The notes beneath the pieces were generated by a model. The model worked only from the letters and a program-made list of their open reading frames with translations. It was not told where the DNA came from and ran no database searches. The position numbers and the translations under genes were made by a program. A stretch of DNA of 58,221 nucleotides from Mizuhopecten yessoensis (taxonomy: Eukaryota): positions 111,739 to 169,959 of the forward strand of contig NW_018408872.1 in assembly GCF_002113885.1 (NCBI RefSeq), in the 5' to 3' direction. Every line of letters begins with the position of its first letter. Position 1 is the stretch's first letter. This document shows, in pieces, positions 39,501-53,385 of the stretch.

Positions 39501-42500
39501 CAGGACTTGAAGTCCTGAACAGAGAGGACCAACTCTTGTGAAAATATCAGAAAGGTTAATTTTATATAAAAACATTGAACTGGCCAGATAAGGCCTAACA
39601 AATCTCCCTGCGACCAGCATATATACACATACCCCCTCTTAAGGATACATTAATATTCCTGTCCAACAGGTTAGCTATACTGAAGTATAGTCAGATATCT
39701 CTGCCAGCAAGAATAGTAATGCTAATTAGGTGAATAATATCCTCACTAATCAAATGCTGTCTGCATTATAAAGCAAGACATCCACTAGGTTTATATACAA
39801 AAATAAAACCCACTCATTGTAAGGAGTAAGCAATTGGGTGAAATATACCCAAGTGTCAACGAAAAAAGACAATCAGTTAGTTTCATCCGGAAAAAAATGT
39901 GAAGTTTCTCATAATTTTATTAATGTTTTAAAAATTTGTCTTTCTTATAATTTGCCATCAAATTTTTTTAACAAATACAATTTAGATGGCATAATAAGTA
40001 AGTGTATCCAGATAATAAAAAAGATGATTCAATTTGATAATGTAAAATCTGTGTTTCAAATTTTCCCCATGTTTTCCCCCTACAATATTCAACTGCAATT
40101 TGCCAAAACTTTAATTTTCATACAACAATGAGACTTTTATTTTCCCACTATTCAAAACACAATTTAACACCGCTACTAGCCAGGACAAATCTAATTACCT
40201 GAACTGTGATCACAACTTACATCATTCACCAATGTTTTGAAAATGCAACTAGCAAAAGTGATGTTACAATTAAATTATGAATATTCATTTATTTAATCAA
40301 TGGAAATGATATTATATGAGTGTATATATTAGATATATACATTTAATACACATACAACAAAATGTACAGTTATTATTGATATTCATAAATAGTCATATTT
40401 CAATTAAAATCACAGTTTGAGTTGAGGTATTTCGTATTTTGTTTTTTAGACAGGATTTGAATTCAGATATCCATTTTCATATTTCAAATTTGGACAGCCA
40501 GTGATATCATCAATCACATGCTATGCCAAAAGACACACCACTCATTTCAAACAACAAATACTATCTTTGAAAATAAAGTGTTGTCATAGTCAATATAACC
40601 TGTATTAAGGAACATACATTATTGTACCTGTAAATAAAATAAAAAGGGTTTAAAGTGAATACTTGATCCAATTATAAAGTGTTTTTATCTATTGTTAATG
40701 ACACATGACATATCTAAAAAAACACTTGTTTGTGGTAATACATGTAAACAACTGCAGTTTACAGAAACATGAATATGAACGGCAAAAACCTGTAATTATT
40801 TTTCAAAATGAATATCATAAAAAAGTCTGGGTATGGTTAATAGCAGATATTGATTTGTTGTAAATAAAATGTTTCTTATCTAAAGCTACATTATCTGTTA
40901 AATGATGACAACAATGAAAACTGATTTTTGAAACAACTGGGGTATGTCACTCCTTCTGGATGATTATTTATGACACAAAGAATTGTTTTCATATTAGGAT
41001 ACAATTTTTTTTCACATGTTTGGAAATTCTCACTTTTTGTATTTAAACTATCATAAACTGATACTGTTGCACCTAGCTAAATTATATTTATTTTATGTCC
41101 ATTTAATGGAACAATGGATTATCTACCTATAGGGGAAATCCATAAATATGTGAAAAAGAAAAAGTTCTAAAATATGACATCTATGAATCTATTTCAGTAA
41201 AAGTTAATCAACACATATGTATTGATACCTGTATTAAATTCTTAATACCAACATGCAAACTACACATAATCGAAGTTCATTGATAACCACAACAACATAC
41301 ATTAGCGTAGCATAGTTACCTTGCTTAAATTTTTCAATACTCACCAAGGCTAAAAATATGTATGTTTCAGGTAACAAGATTAAAAAAAATGGGGTAGGTT
41401 GGTACGATTTTGTTTTCCATTTTTTTTTGAGGGCCACCTTTTGAAATTACCATAATCACCAAACATAGCTATATAGCTGTCCAGACCAATTGTACCAATT
41501 TTTCATTATATTTTTAGATCTTTTAAAATAATACTTTCCGATTAAAACTTGCTTTTAATACCTGCCTATGAAATAGGCTGATAATAATTGGCTTGTTTGA
41601 ATGGGAAGTTTAAGTTTTCAAGTGGGATAAAGTTGTAAGGGTAAGAGGTAAAAACCATGGTCAGTCTGCAGGGTACCTGAAACATACTGTGAAAACAGCT
41701 ACACAATATTCACTTATGCAATGTTATCAAATATTAATTACTTCCAATACATTTGTAACATGAAGCAAATGCACAGTACTTTAAAACAATGTATTCAAAT
41801 CAACCAGCAAAGTACCAACCACCTATTCATCCTGAATTGTATCACATTATAATTGGAGGATAATAGCTGGTAGAAGTTCTGTTTAACAAAGCTATGAGAG
41901 CAGAGTCAGGTTTGACAGCCTGAAATAAAAGGCTTAACAAGATAAACCTAATTATTTGTTGGCAAATATGCAGATGCTTTTCAACTGAAGAAAATCTACT
42001 TCTGGTTTGTAATGTTCAGCAAGTGGCATCTTTAAAACTCAACAATGACCATCCTGATGTGCTCAAAGATAACCTTCTCTTTCATTTTGTAGCCTACGTA
42101 TTACAGAAATATGTAAATTATAAGTACTGAGGATAGGGAAACAAATATAACTACACTTCCATCAGACTTAGATAGCATCTAATTCCGTGCTTCATTCAAT
42201 CTGTCTTCTCCATGCTAAGCTCTGACAGTACCTATGCTGTTAGTTACTTGTCAAAGGTTATTTTCTCCAAGACATGCCTTGAAAGTTCAATTTCACAACA
42301 TATGTAAATGACTGACTCCAGCGTACAACTGAAGGTGCAGTTATGATTGATATATTTCCTGTGACCAATTAATCTGGCCAGACTCGGAACTACCTTATTG
42401 TTATAACTGCAAGCCTTCTTGTCTACTATTCAAATTATCATTCAATAAAAGAAGTTCACATAAGTTTAAAACCCCGTACTTATTTCAGGTTTCTTTGTGA

Positions 42501-43057
42501 TGAATTATTTTGGAACAGAGATGCTGGGATGACAATACATAGATAAGTGTCGTGATTAAAATTCAACAGTCAAAATGAATATAACATTGTTTAAATTATC
42601 CCGATCCCAATACATGTAATAACCTACTGATAATTTCATTTGAGATACTGTGTAACATGAAAATTTGTGGATATTTTCTCTTGCAGTTTAAATACTGAAG
42701 TAAATACAAGGCAAACGTTTCACATATAGTCACAGACCTTTTGTCCAGATCAGCACAGAGTTTCTTACATTATGAATTCATATCATTTGAAGAAAAGAAA
42801 TATTCAACAATTCATATTTCAATACACTGAACCATCTTAATCTGGACAGTTTGGTTCGCACAACAACAACAATCTTTTCTTCAGGTTACCCCCAGAACAT
42901 AAGATGTTACACCGAGAAATCTATTCCTCAATACCAGAGAGTGGAAAGTTTTTCATGCCTTCACAGTTTCACATATTAACATTGAAGTGTATTTGAGATA
43001 CACAAGGTTATTCTTTCATTCACAAACACATAATTAAATCTGACATCACAACAAAGG

Positions 43058-46000
43058 TCAGTGTTCCAATGGCATTTTGAACTTCGCCTTTGACAGATTT
43101 TTTAGTTTGAGCTTTTCCAACCTCTTTTTATTTTTCCCACCTATGGAAGTGAATTCTACATTGATTTTACGTCCAGCTAAGGTGGTTTGATGAAGGCGGA
43201 GTGCAATCTGAAAAAGAAAATGAACTTAAATAAATTGAGGTAAATTATTTGAAAAAGTTGGTACATTTCGTATGTTGCTTCCTGTTTTGGATGCTCCAAC
43301 ATACCATCAATTAATTTTAATACTGTGTACCTAGGAAATTACATAAATGTAGGAAAAATTGATCAACCCACATCCCAATCCAAAAACACAAATGGAACAC
43401 AAAGTTGGTCATTAATGTGATACAGCTGTTATACATTGTATTACGGTGGCTTTTTATTCTAAACCCCTATGGCTAGTATTCAACCACGACAGATTTGAAT
43501 TAGATGACTATCAAAGTTTGTGACCCCACAATATGGAGCAGTTATGTCCCTTTGGGACATCAACATTTTCTTATTTAATGTTACATGTAAGTAAGCAATG
43601 ATATCTTGTGTTAAATACATTCATAACAATGACAACTTTTTGTGATACAATTCACATACCCCATGACTAATTCTGTCTTTGAATTCTATATAAGCAAATC
43701 CTCTGGCTTTGTCTGTTCCTTTTTCCTTAGGAATCCGGATCATTTTTACACCACCTTAAGATATAAAAAAGAAAAATTAGTGTTTTTTTCTGTGATTTCT
43801 GTCAAAAGTACAAGCAACTCACAATGATAGATTGATCATATGTACACAGGCTGCTAGCTATATAGCCTGTTATTCGGTATATAGAAACACCATCTTAGTA
43901 ACAATACAACAAGCAATTCCAGTCACCCAAGGCCAAGTCATGGTTAATGGGAAAATGGTGGCATTTCCCTTTGAATTTCAATGTTTTAAAATTCACCAAT
44001 GTGTAGCTTACTGTAAGTACTTTTTAGATGAGAAAGAAACCCAAACTTGTCCCAATTAAATAAGACTTTTAGAAACAGACTGAAACACAGTCATAGAAGT
44101 CCTACATATAGTACGGGGAAAACTTTGAGATACTGCATGTTCAAAGAATGTAATAAATTAGACAGATGGCCCAACAACATTAATTCTGGATCTGACCTGG
44201 AATCAAACTAAGTACAAAATAAATATACAGTAATAATCATTTGCCAAGTTTCATGAAAATCAAAGCATCCCTTCAGTTTTAAATTTAAAGACTAAAATTG
44301 AACAGAAACCACCTCAGTTGCCCAAATCAAAGATGGCTGCTGGCAGCCATATTGATTTTGGTATGAAAGATAAAACTGAACGTGTGCATGAAATGATATT
44401 TAAGGTTTAGTTATCAAACTGAGAGCTACAAATATGGCTGTAGTGGCAGCCACATTCATTTTCTGACCCAGTTCAACATCTACATTTGTAGCCTGATCGT
44501 GAGAGCAATGACTATGAAAAGTATTTGAGGAAGGTTTGATGAATATCGAAGCATTTATAAGGAGTCATATTACATGTCATAATGCAAACCACTAGTAGCC
44601 ATATAGAATTTCAGATCTGGATAAAGGGGGGGAAATGGATGTTAAAGTATTTGTAGGAAGTTTAATAAAAATAAAGGCATTTATTCAGAGTTGTTACATG
44701 GAACCTTTTATTGACAGTAACACAGTCGAGTGTAGTGTTGGGACGATGGTCGGCAAGCATCGATTAGCGATCGTTTATAGCAACTCGATGCCGATGATCG
44801 ATGGTAAACATCAACAATCGATCATCGGGTAAGGTACCGAAACGAACGAACCTCATAATATGTAACCGAACGCGCCACTGGGATTTTACAAAATTAAACA
44901 TGATGAACCACCTACACGCCAAAATCTTGATACAAGCCAAGCCGTTTGTCGTCTGTGTTGGAAGATATACAGAAACATGGGTAAGCTGACGTACTCTGAC
45001 GTAGTATATACGTTTGTAAACTCAATTGTAGCAGCACGCTTGCCACACATACTTATAAAGTAATAACTTTATGCTTTTGCTTCTGTCATTTTCAGGAAAC
45101 ACTACAAATTTCAGAGCTCATATTGATGGTGAACACACGTTGCCGTCTGAAAAATCGACACAATCACACACAGCCAAAGCTGATACAAAGTTAGTCCAGC
45201 CAACAATTTCGTCAGCATTTACAAAACGAAGTGGTATTGTGACAGGATCTACTTTATGAGCCAAGAACGAAGAGAAAGGATAGACAACGCACTTTATAAA
45301 CTAATCGTTGGGAAAGTGATGCCTCCGAGCCTAGTTGAAAATGAACATTTTATCATGTAGCTCAAGATAGTTATTTGCAAGGAGTTGTTTTGAGTAATTT
45401 TAAATGTGTTAGCTTTTCAAACTTTTACATGTATGGCTTGTATGTTGATTTGTGTTATTCAAATGATTTGGTCAAGAAGGCTGTCTAGTCAAGTAAATTT
45501 ATAAATGTTTAAAACAAGAAATTTCAAGAACTGTCTAGTCAAGAAATGTTTAGTCAGTACTCAGTAGTTTAGTTACTGTGTATCAGCTCAATTAAGTTGT
45601 TTAATGTTTATAGTTGACTAATAAAAGCAATTTATCTTTATTTGTTAGAACCCCCAGTTTCCATAGTGCATAAAGGGACTGGTTAGTGATCCATACACAT
45701 AAGCACTATCATGCTCGCCATGCAGTTATGTTACAAGCTAAGCTAACTAGCATACTTCAGAGGGTGATAAGGGATCAGAGGGTACATATACTACAACAGA
45801 ATACAAAGTAAGCACAAGCAATACATGGAACTGAAGACAGATAGTTTATTTCTTACTATAATGGAAGCCAAAAGCTACAAAACTATAATTTCTCCATACA
45901 CGCATTGAAAAAAGTAAACCGATTATTTCACCGATTATCGGATCGGATAGGGGATCCGATTCCAACCGGTGATCGATTATAATTTTCAACCGATTTCCCA

Positions 46001-49000
46001 ACACTAGGCGAGTGATCCCTGTCAAAAAATCATCCCTCTTGAACAAATCTGCAAATCTTTGAATTAACATAATTGTGAAACCGGGGCCTGGAATACATAA
46101 CTCATTGATGAATATCACATGGATTTGTAGAAATCATAATGCATACTGATATTAATGATAAGTAGAAGTTATTATTCATACTGTCTTGTAATAATGACGA
46201 TGACAGTGACTTCCTTAGATGACTTATCTTACCTGTTTTTCTGAAATGTTCTTCCAACTGTTCTTTTGAAATGTTGAATGGAAGATTTCCAACAAAGAGT
46301 ACATAAGCCTTGGCCATGTGTTTGGATGATGTCTGCTCACCGGCTATATGCACATTGGGTAACCCTTCTTTGACCTCTTCTTTGACCTTCACCTTGTTAT
46401 TCTTTTTTTTTGAGTTTTCTGCGTTAGATTTAACAGTTTTGAAATTTAATTTAGTTTGCGATTTCATCTCTACTTTCATCTTGCCAGGCACCACTGCCTG
46501 TGATAATGCGTTCCTAGTCGCTACACTGGTCTTGAATCCACCCTTGTTGTTCTGTTCCACTAAAGTTGTGTGATTGTTCTGCATCTTATTATCAGGCATC
46601 AACTTTCTCAAACCTGCAAAGAAAATTTCATTGTGCTAAAATTGAACTTCTATTCAAATCAAAGACAAATATACAGCTAGTTTCTGGATAACGTTGACAA
46701 AAAGACAATTATTTCTATTTTTCATTTCTAGGATTTTGTTTTCAATTTCCCCAGATAATCATTTTTGAAAACAAAGTTTTATAATTCATATGTCTTGTAA
46801 CCAACATTATAGAAGTGTGGGTGGTTGGGTGGTGCAGTGGATAGAGCACTTGCTTGTCACCAAGGCATGAGCAGCTGGGGTTCGATTCCCCGATCGGACG
46901 TTAAAAGGTATGGGGGCACCTGCCCGACCGCGTGGGTTTTCTCAGGGTACTCCGGTTTGCTCCCACAGTAAAACTGTTTCCCCTCACACGCTAACATCAG
47001 GGCCAACAGAGTGGTTAGTATAAGTTGTAAAAACTTGTTTCATAATTGTTGTCAAACAAATAAAGTTTATATTATAGAAGAAAGCCCTAACTCTATTAAT
47101 GAGACTTTAAGCTTTTTCATGTAAGATAAAAAGACCAGAAAAATTGGAATCCCAAATTGTGTGTATTATCCTAGAGTAAAGTTTGTAGTAGATCCTTAGC
47201 CAGGTCATAATCAGGTATCCAGAGATAGAATAAGTATCCCAGAGACAAGTATAGCATACCAATGTCAAGTATACACTGTAAGTATCCAGGTGTCAAGTAT
47301 TTTATCCTGGTGTCAAGTATAGTATCCCAGAGTCAAGTACCGGTATATATAAGTATCCTAATGTTGAGTATATAGTATCCCACTATTACGGTATATATAG
47401 CATCCCCATGTTAAGTTTAGTATATATCCTGGTATTAAGTATAGTATCCTGGTGTTCTTAAGTATAGTATCCTGGTGTTCTTAAGTATAGTATCCTGGTG
47501 TTCTTAAGTATAGTATCCTGGTGTTAAATATAGTATCCTGGTGTCAGGTATAGTATCCTGGTGTTAAGTATAGTATCCTGGTGTTCTTAAGTATAGTATC
47601 CTGGTGTTAAGTAAAGTATCCTGATGTCAGGTATAGTATCCTGGTGTTCTTAAGTCTAGGCGACCTTAAGTAAGTATAGTATCCTGGTATAAAGTATAGT
47701 ATCCTGGTGTTAAGTATAATATCCTGGTGTTCTTAAGTATAGTATCCTGGTATTAAGTATAGTATCCTGGTGTCAGGTATAGTATCCTGGTGTTAAGTAT
47801 AGTATCCTGGTGTTAAGTATAATATCCTGGTGTTCTTAAGTATAGTATCCTGGTGTTAAATATAGTATCCTGGTGTCAGGTATAGTATACTGGTGTCAGG
47901 TATAATATCCTAGTGTTAAGTATAGTATCCTGGTGTCAGGTATAGTATCCCTGTGTTAAGTATAGTATCCCTGTGTTAAGTATAGTATCCTGGTGTCGGG
48001 TATAGAATCCTGCTATCAAGTGCACTATTTTTATTAAGGATTTAAGTGTCAAGTAATTTCGATACAGAGTCCCTAGGGTACAAAGTGCATAGTGTTAAGA
48101 ATAAGAATCAAGAATAATACTTCAGGTTCAAGTATAGTACCTGGAGTCAAATAATAAAATACCGGGTATAGTATTCCAGAGTACAGTGTATGTAGTATTC
48201 CAAAGTCTAGTATAGTCCTTAGAGTCGAGAATGGTACAGTATATCCTAAAGTCAAATATAGTACAAGGACAGAGATCAATCTAGGTTTTAGGGGAATCGA
48301 CCCTTTTTTCAGATTTGGGGGAAATCAAAATTTTGATTCAAGGGATAGCGTCATAAAGATAAAAAGAAATGTTTTGTCTGCCATACATGTGTGCGGTATA
48401 TTTCAATTTATAAACAATTTTAAGCCTAAAACTGTAGAACTTGTTCAAAGTATGTGAAGAAAATGTATATATAATTTATAAAGCAGTATAATGCATTTGA
48501 ACTATTTAATTTTGAAAAAAACATAAAGGGGAAATATTTTGAAAAAAAAACGCTATTTTCTTGTTGAAGTAGGGGAATTTTGAAGCACATAGCTGGGGTA
48601 ATTTCAAAGAACACGGGAACTTTCTTTTGTAGGGGAAACTACCCATAAACAGTAGTGATCAAGTCTAGATTGATCCCAGAAAGAGTTAAGTATAGGCTAA
48701 TAGCATATAGGTCTAGTGTCCTGGATTGATGTTTACTATCCTATTCCCGGAGTAAAGTATAGTATCCAGGAGTCAAGGGCATAGTCAGGGACATAGGAAA
48801 CTATACTAAATAGAAGTCTGACATGATGCTATACCATCTTGATCATACAAATCAACCTGTGAAGTATTTCATTATAGCTATTGGCTTAATCCGTAGACTG
48901 TACTAGACCTGTTCAAGAAACATAGAATGAGAACAGAATTACAAAAATGGCTGAAATATAAAAGCACTATACAATATATAATGATAGTGTGAACAAATTG

Positions 49001-51620
49001 TAATTTTTTTCAGAGCAATTTGCTCCTTTTTTTCCAGGAAAACTGTACACAAAATTACTTGCAGACAGAGCATACATTTTGACAGTTAGGCCAAAACAAC
49101 AGTTATGTGCATTTCAGGTAAATTTTAATTTCAATTGCTTAATCAAATAAATTTAACAATACATTATTCAAGCTTTCCAAGGGCTATTAAGTTGTCGAAA
49201 ATGGAGTCAAGCTCCGAGAACAGGAAGAAAGTAACTTTTAATGAGTGACTGTGATCATGAGCTATGCCTGGCTAAAAAATCAATCTTGGATACATGGAGG
49301 TGATAACATGTTCTAGGATTGACAAGAAAATTTACAGTAGGTGGGGATACAAAACACATAAAAATTTAATATAAATGATACTTGTATCAATAACCTGATA
49401 GCCAGTGTAAGTGAATATTAATTAGTATCAGAAGTCTTACTGCTGGAATAAATGTATACAACAACTAAGAAAAAATATATGTATAATTACCTTCTCGTTT
49501 TTCGTCACGACTCTTTTTACGTTCTGCCCACCAGTTTTGCCTTCTATTCTTCCTAGCTATGCCAGAAGGACTAGGAATCTGTAAATCAAAGATAATATTA
49601 AGTTAATAATTTTAAAATATACTGTGATCAATTTCAAGTGGAAGAATTAAACGATGTCAATTATAAAATTTGAGCAATTCAAGCTACACTGGTGAAAATA
49701 TAACATGAATGTTTCATGAAAATTTATAACAATATTTTTTCAAAAGAAATCCTTAAATAATCCATGTCTTATATATATCTATAAATGTAAGCACCACAAT
49801 TTGAGTTCTGATCTGGCATCGTATATTTCTTCTCCAGTTACATAACATTAAAAGCCTGATTGGATAAGCACTGGGAACAACCAGAATGTTATTATTTACA
49901 AACATGAACTTGACAATAATTAACTTATTCACTGTTAGGGCATCAGCCTGGAAGCTGGTGAAACATGTGATCTTGATACATAGTCATTCGCCTGCGTCCA
50001 GTATTATTATTATAAACTTAAGATTATGTCACAGTAACCAGATGAAAAATTTCCCAACATTTCTGCCTAGTAGTGAGTACCATCCTCGATATCCAGGGGT
50101 TCACTCACTTTCACTCTCAGCACCCCTTGAATATGTAATAGCAAAATTGAAGGCACAAAGATGGCTGTTTGATTGGTCTCGGGTAAAATAACCTGACCAA
50201 TCGCTAGGCTGATACCTGTCCTTCAAAGGATCAAACTAGTCTTCTTGTCTGATCAACAAGGTGGCGCACACTGAGCCTTCAATTTTGCTATGACATATAT
50301 ATATATATTCCAGTGGTGTAGAGAGCGAAAGTGAACTTACCCCTGGAATTTGAGGATGGCTCAGTACCCATGAAACTTCCTGCAAAACAAATTTGTGAAT
50401 ACAGGAATAATCCTGGAGGGGGGCATATGCTATTGACCCCTTTATGTTCCAATTTTCTTTTAATTTTACATAGAATGACCCCTCTTAATTTTGATATTGA
50501 CTAAAAATTGCTGAAATGGCCCACTGCTCTCAAATTCCAGGATTTCCCCTGAAATATAGTGCTCATTAGGGATAAACATACTTTGTTTTTTCGAGCATTT
50601 GCTTTTTCTTCATTTATGGTTATTTTTTATACATTAGACTCCATGATACATTCAATGATTCATCACAGATCAAATGACATGAAATTAATCAAATTATTGC
50701 AATATAAAACAATACATTCAAAAAATATTTGATCACTCAATTGTTTAGGTATTAAACTTTAAAGTTAGCTTTTGCTATGGAGTTTCATGCAGAGTGTGAA
50801 TCTACTTCAGTGACTGCACTTTACAGAAAAAGAAGAGGAGTGTTTCTTTTAACAGAAAACCAAACTCTTTGTGTCTGTTTGTTTATTGCTGTTTAAGTGA
50901 ATGTTTAATCAATACAAAAAAAAATATTCACTGCACTGTAGTTTCAAAACAATGGAGACAAATGTGTTTTTTGTTTTGAGGATTTTCTTACTATAAGTGT
51001 ATGGGTTTGAAAAAAATCGATAGTAAACCGTCGGGGCACCTGAAGGACTCTTTGAAAGTAAATACAGTTGAGAAGTCAATGTAAATATTTCCGATGCAAA
51101 TATTGAAGATTTTAATGCGGAATTTCACTCAAATTGATTCATTACATCTCAAACATACTACTTTACTTTTCTAAGTAAGCTCACGTGTAGACATTTAAAT
51201 GTAAAACCCTACAAACCCCCTTTGGTGCCCCATTTACATTTTTTGAAAGGGTGGTATACGTGTGAAAGCACATGCCCTTGCATGGCGGCGTCTCATCGAA
51301 ACACGATAACCAAAAATATTGATCTAAAGGTAAAAAATCCGGTATATGTCTTTAATAAACCCAAGAAATGCATACATTTACGTCTTTATTCGTCATTTTT
51401 TACGCAAGCCCAGCGTGACAAGCAGCATTTTCCTTGAGTTGAAGTCGAGTTCGAAATTCTGATTTTATACACGAAGTAAGAGTGGATTCTGAAAATCACT
51501 AAAGTAAACTTATTTTGAATAACACATCTATCAGGACTATGACATAAACATAGTAGTATTGTAGAGAAATCATTTGATTCCAGAAAAAATATAACTTACG
51601 CTCGCAGCTGGTTTATCCAT
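43058..51620 (-). CDS. Single-RRM basic RNA-binding protein, Nop6-like (S. pombe C365.04c-like), 5 exons, ~244 aa
   Basis: Exons 51620-51600 (MDKPAAS, least certain), 49578-49491, 46613-46233, 43754-43660, 43207-43058; phases consistent. RNP2 LFVGNL, RNP1 RGFAYIEF, then IALRLHQTTLAGRKINVEFTSIGGKNKKRLEKLKLKN, resembling the Nop6 C-terminal signature. Lys-rich N-terminus. Confidence 0.85.
44733..46006 (+). mobile_element. Internally deleted hAT DNA transposon in an intron of the Nop6-like gene
   Basis: TIR TAGTGTTGGGA/TCCCAACACTA; 8-bp TSD GTCGAGTG/GGCGAGTG; CGAT-rich subterminal repeats; BED-finger/transposase remnants (SGNTTNFRAHI...H, QPTI, MPPSLVENEHF). Confidence 0.85.
46816..47070 (+). 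mobile_element. tRNA-derived SINE with V-type central domain and 10-bp TSD
   Basis: A box GGTGGTGCAGTGG, B box GGTTCGATTCCC, V-domain CGTGGGTTTTCTCAGGGTACTCCGGTTTGCTCCCACA; TSD ATTATAGAAG at 46806-46815 and 47071-47080. Confidence 0.87.
47215..48260. repeat. 20/23-bp minisatellite (AAGTATAGTATCCTGGTGTT[CTT]) in an intron of the Nop6-like gene
   Basis: Homogeneous core at ~47430-48010 with degenerate flanks. Confidence 0.93.
50080..50359. mobile_element. MITE with ~39-bp imperfect TIRs
   Basis: CCATCCTCGATATCCAGGGGTTCACTCACTTTCACTCTC versus rc CCATCCTCAAATTCCAGGGGTAAGTTCACTTTCGCTCTC; a related terminus sits at ~54287-54310. Confidence 0.6.
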
Positions 51621-51999
51621 TGCGCTTTGTGTGCTTCTGAACGCCGTTCGGAACACAGCGGATTTGAAGCTCGATTCAATGTCAAATCTAGAGAACTGCT
51701 GCAAATGTAACGCCACCTATTGGCTGTTACCAGCCATGCGTGAAATTTTAACTACTTTCGGTTCATGCATTACGACATTAGTAATAATTGGAGATCATAT
51801 AAAAATCTCAGACATGTGGGAGTTACTCAAAGTTTTAAGCATGAGTTACAAAAAATATTTTTGGTTAAAATTATTGCAACAGACTGATAAAAACAAAGAA
51901 AATGCAGTTAGGCCTGTTATCGCTACCATCTTTGCATGGTTCTTTTTGTTATCTGAACTGGACAAGTTTGAATTGTTTCGCTTACTTGAGGCTATAATG

Positions 52000-52203
52000 T
52001 ATGGCACGCCATCCTGTAAACAAATACATAAATTACTCGAGGTCAAAAGATTTGCCCTTTAAGTGAAATCTTATAGTCTTAGGGCAAATCATTTGACCTT
52101 ATGTGTAAATTAGCTTCGATTACACATAATGGCAAAAAGTTTTGCCCTTAAGGTCAAATGATTTTCCATGAAGTATAAACATATTACAGGATGGCGTGCC
52201 ATA
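52000..52203. mobile_element. MITE with TAT..ATA termini and 6-bp TSD (IS3EU-like)
   Basis: 20-bp TIR TATGGCACGCCATCCTGTAA; TSD ATAATG at 51994-51999 and 52204-52209; internal repeats of GGTCAAA.GATTTGCCCT in both orientations. Confidence 0.7.
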
Positions 52204-52439
52204 ATAATGACCATCGTAAATGTATTGTTTAATGAAATAATTTAAGAAACAGCAATATCGTAGGGCAATGACATGATCAACTGAACGACTTTTGGTAAAA
52301 ACGATATTCTATTTGATAGAGAATTAAAACCGTTCATCTACAATTCAAGCAGAGGAGATATTTTGAGCAACACAAAAATATATTACCTATCAGGATCATA
52401 ACCACATTAAAATTGTTGCATTGACTGAGTGGAAGCCCC

Positions 52440-52933
52440 AAAACTTGTCTATTCTATTTTTAAAACAGTTCGTATTTGTAGCAGAATCACAGATTCTGGT
52501 AGATTGTTCCATCTGCGTGCTGCTCTCACAGTGAAAGAGTTCCTTCTTACTGATGAGTTTTGATTTTTTTTTGAATTTCCTAGTTCACTGTGTGCATGTG
52601 TTTGATGGCAACATCTGACCATAAACACCACTGATCATCTTATATAATTCAATCTTGTCCCCACGCACACGCCTTTATGATAATAATGGTAGATTATGGA
52701 ACACAATACAACTCCAGCACACACGCAGGCATACACACATAGGGAGATATTAGCCAGGTGGCATAGGACTAGTAGTTAGCGCCTGATAAGGCAGCTCCTG
52801 CGAATTCCTCAAAATTGTATTGATTAATATACATGCTAATTGTATTGACTGTAAAACATTGTATATCTATGTACTGTAAAGCGCTTTAGAGTGGCTTATG
52901 TTAGCTAGATAGGGGACTATATCAAATGTTGTA

Positions 52934-52966
<33 letters not shown>

Positions 52967-53385
52967 GACCTTAAAGTCCAGGTAAGCATCTAGTGGCTCG
53001 GCGTTGAACATTTTGAATTAAATCAATATGTTTGTATTTATTTGGATACCAGACTGCACTTGCATAATCAAATTTGCGACCGACAAAAAAAATGTATAAA
53101 GGTATTAATATATTTATGTCCATCAAATGAAAGGTTCTTCTTAGCATGTCACACATTGAGTTGGCTTTCTTCACTTTTTTCGCTTATGTGATTTTCAAAA
53201 TTTAGGTCTCACTAGTTGTAGTTAGTAGTTCTGTATCATTAAGTTTATATGTGACACGATAACTCTCTATAGTGCATGTGTTTGCGCTTATCGTGGTGCA
53301 TTTTCATAAGCCAATCCTCAATCCACTAGCACATGCTATCCAGGTCTCGTTGCAATATCTTTGAATCTTCATCCTTGCATGGTTA
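52440..53385 (-). mobile_element. Decayed CR1-type LINE 3' fragment, interrupted by an opposite-strand L2/SINE-like tail (~52680-52965)
   Basis: KKANSM..MLRRTF...LY..FV...DYASAVWYP....IDLIQNVQRRATR and RRNSFTVR....WNNLPESV; insert ends GTAAAGCGCTTTAGAG...CTATATCAAATG(TAT)n. Confidence 0.75.

Noticed and set aside
40460-40520. Possible C/D box snoRNA on the minus strand
   Set aside because: Imperfect C box, short spacing, no terminal stem or recognisable rRNA guide.
46816-46900. tRNA-like A/B boxes (also at 5126, 7040, 12789 and 21400)
   Set aside because: No full cloverleaf; most continue into SINE bodies and tails, so these are SINE heads rather than tRNA genes.
47430-48010. Second short-repeat array
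   Set aside because: Contiguous 20/23-bp units with no spacers; intronic minisatellite.
50582-50613. Extra exon for the Nop6-like gene (MKKKQMLEKT)
   Set aside because: Its donor is phase 2, whereas the next exon needs phase 0.
51631-52062. 143-aa ORF
   Set aside because: Non-ATG start, spans the Nop6-like promoter and a MITE, no domain.
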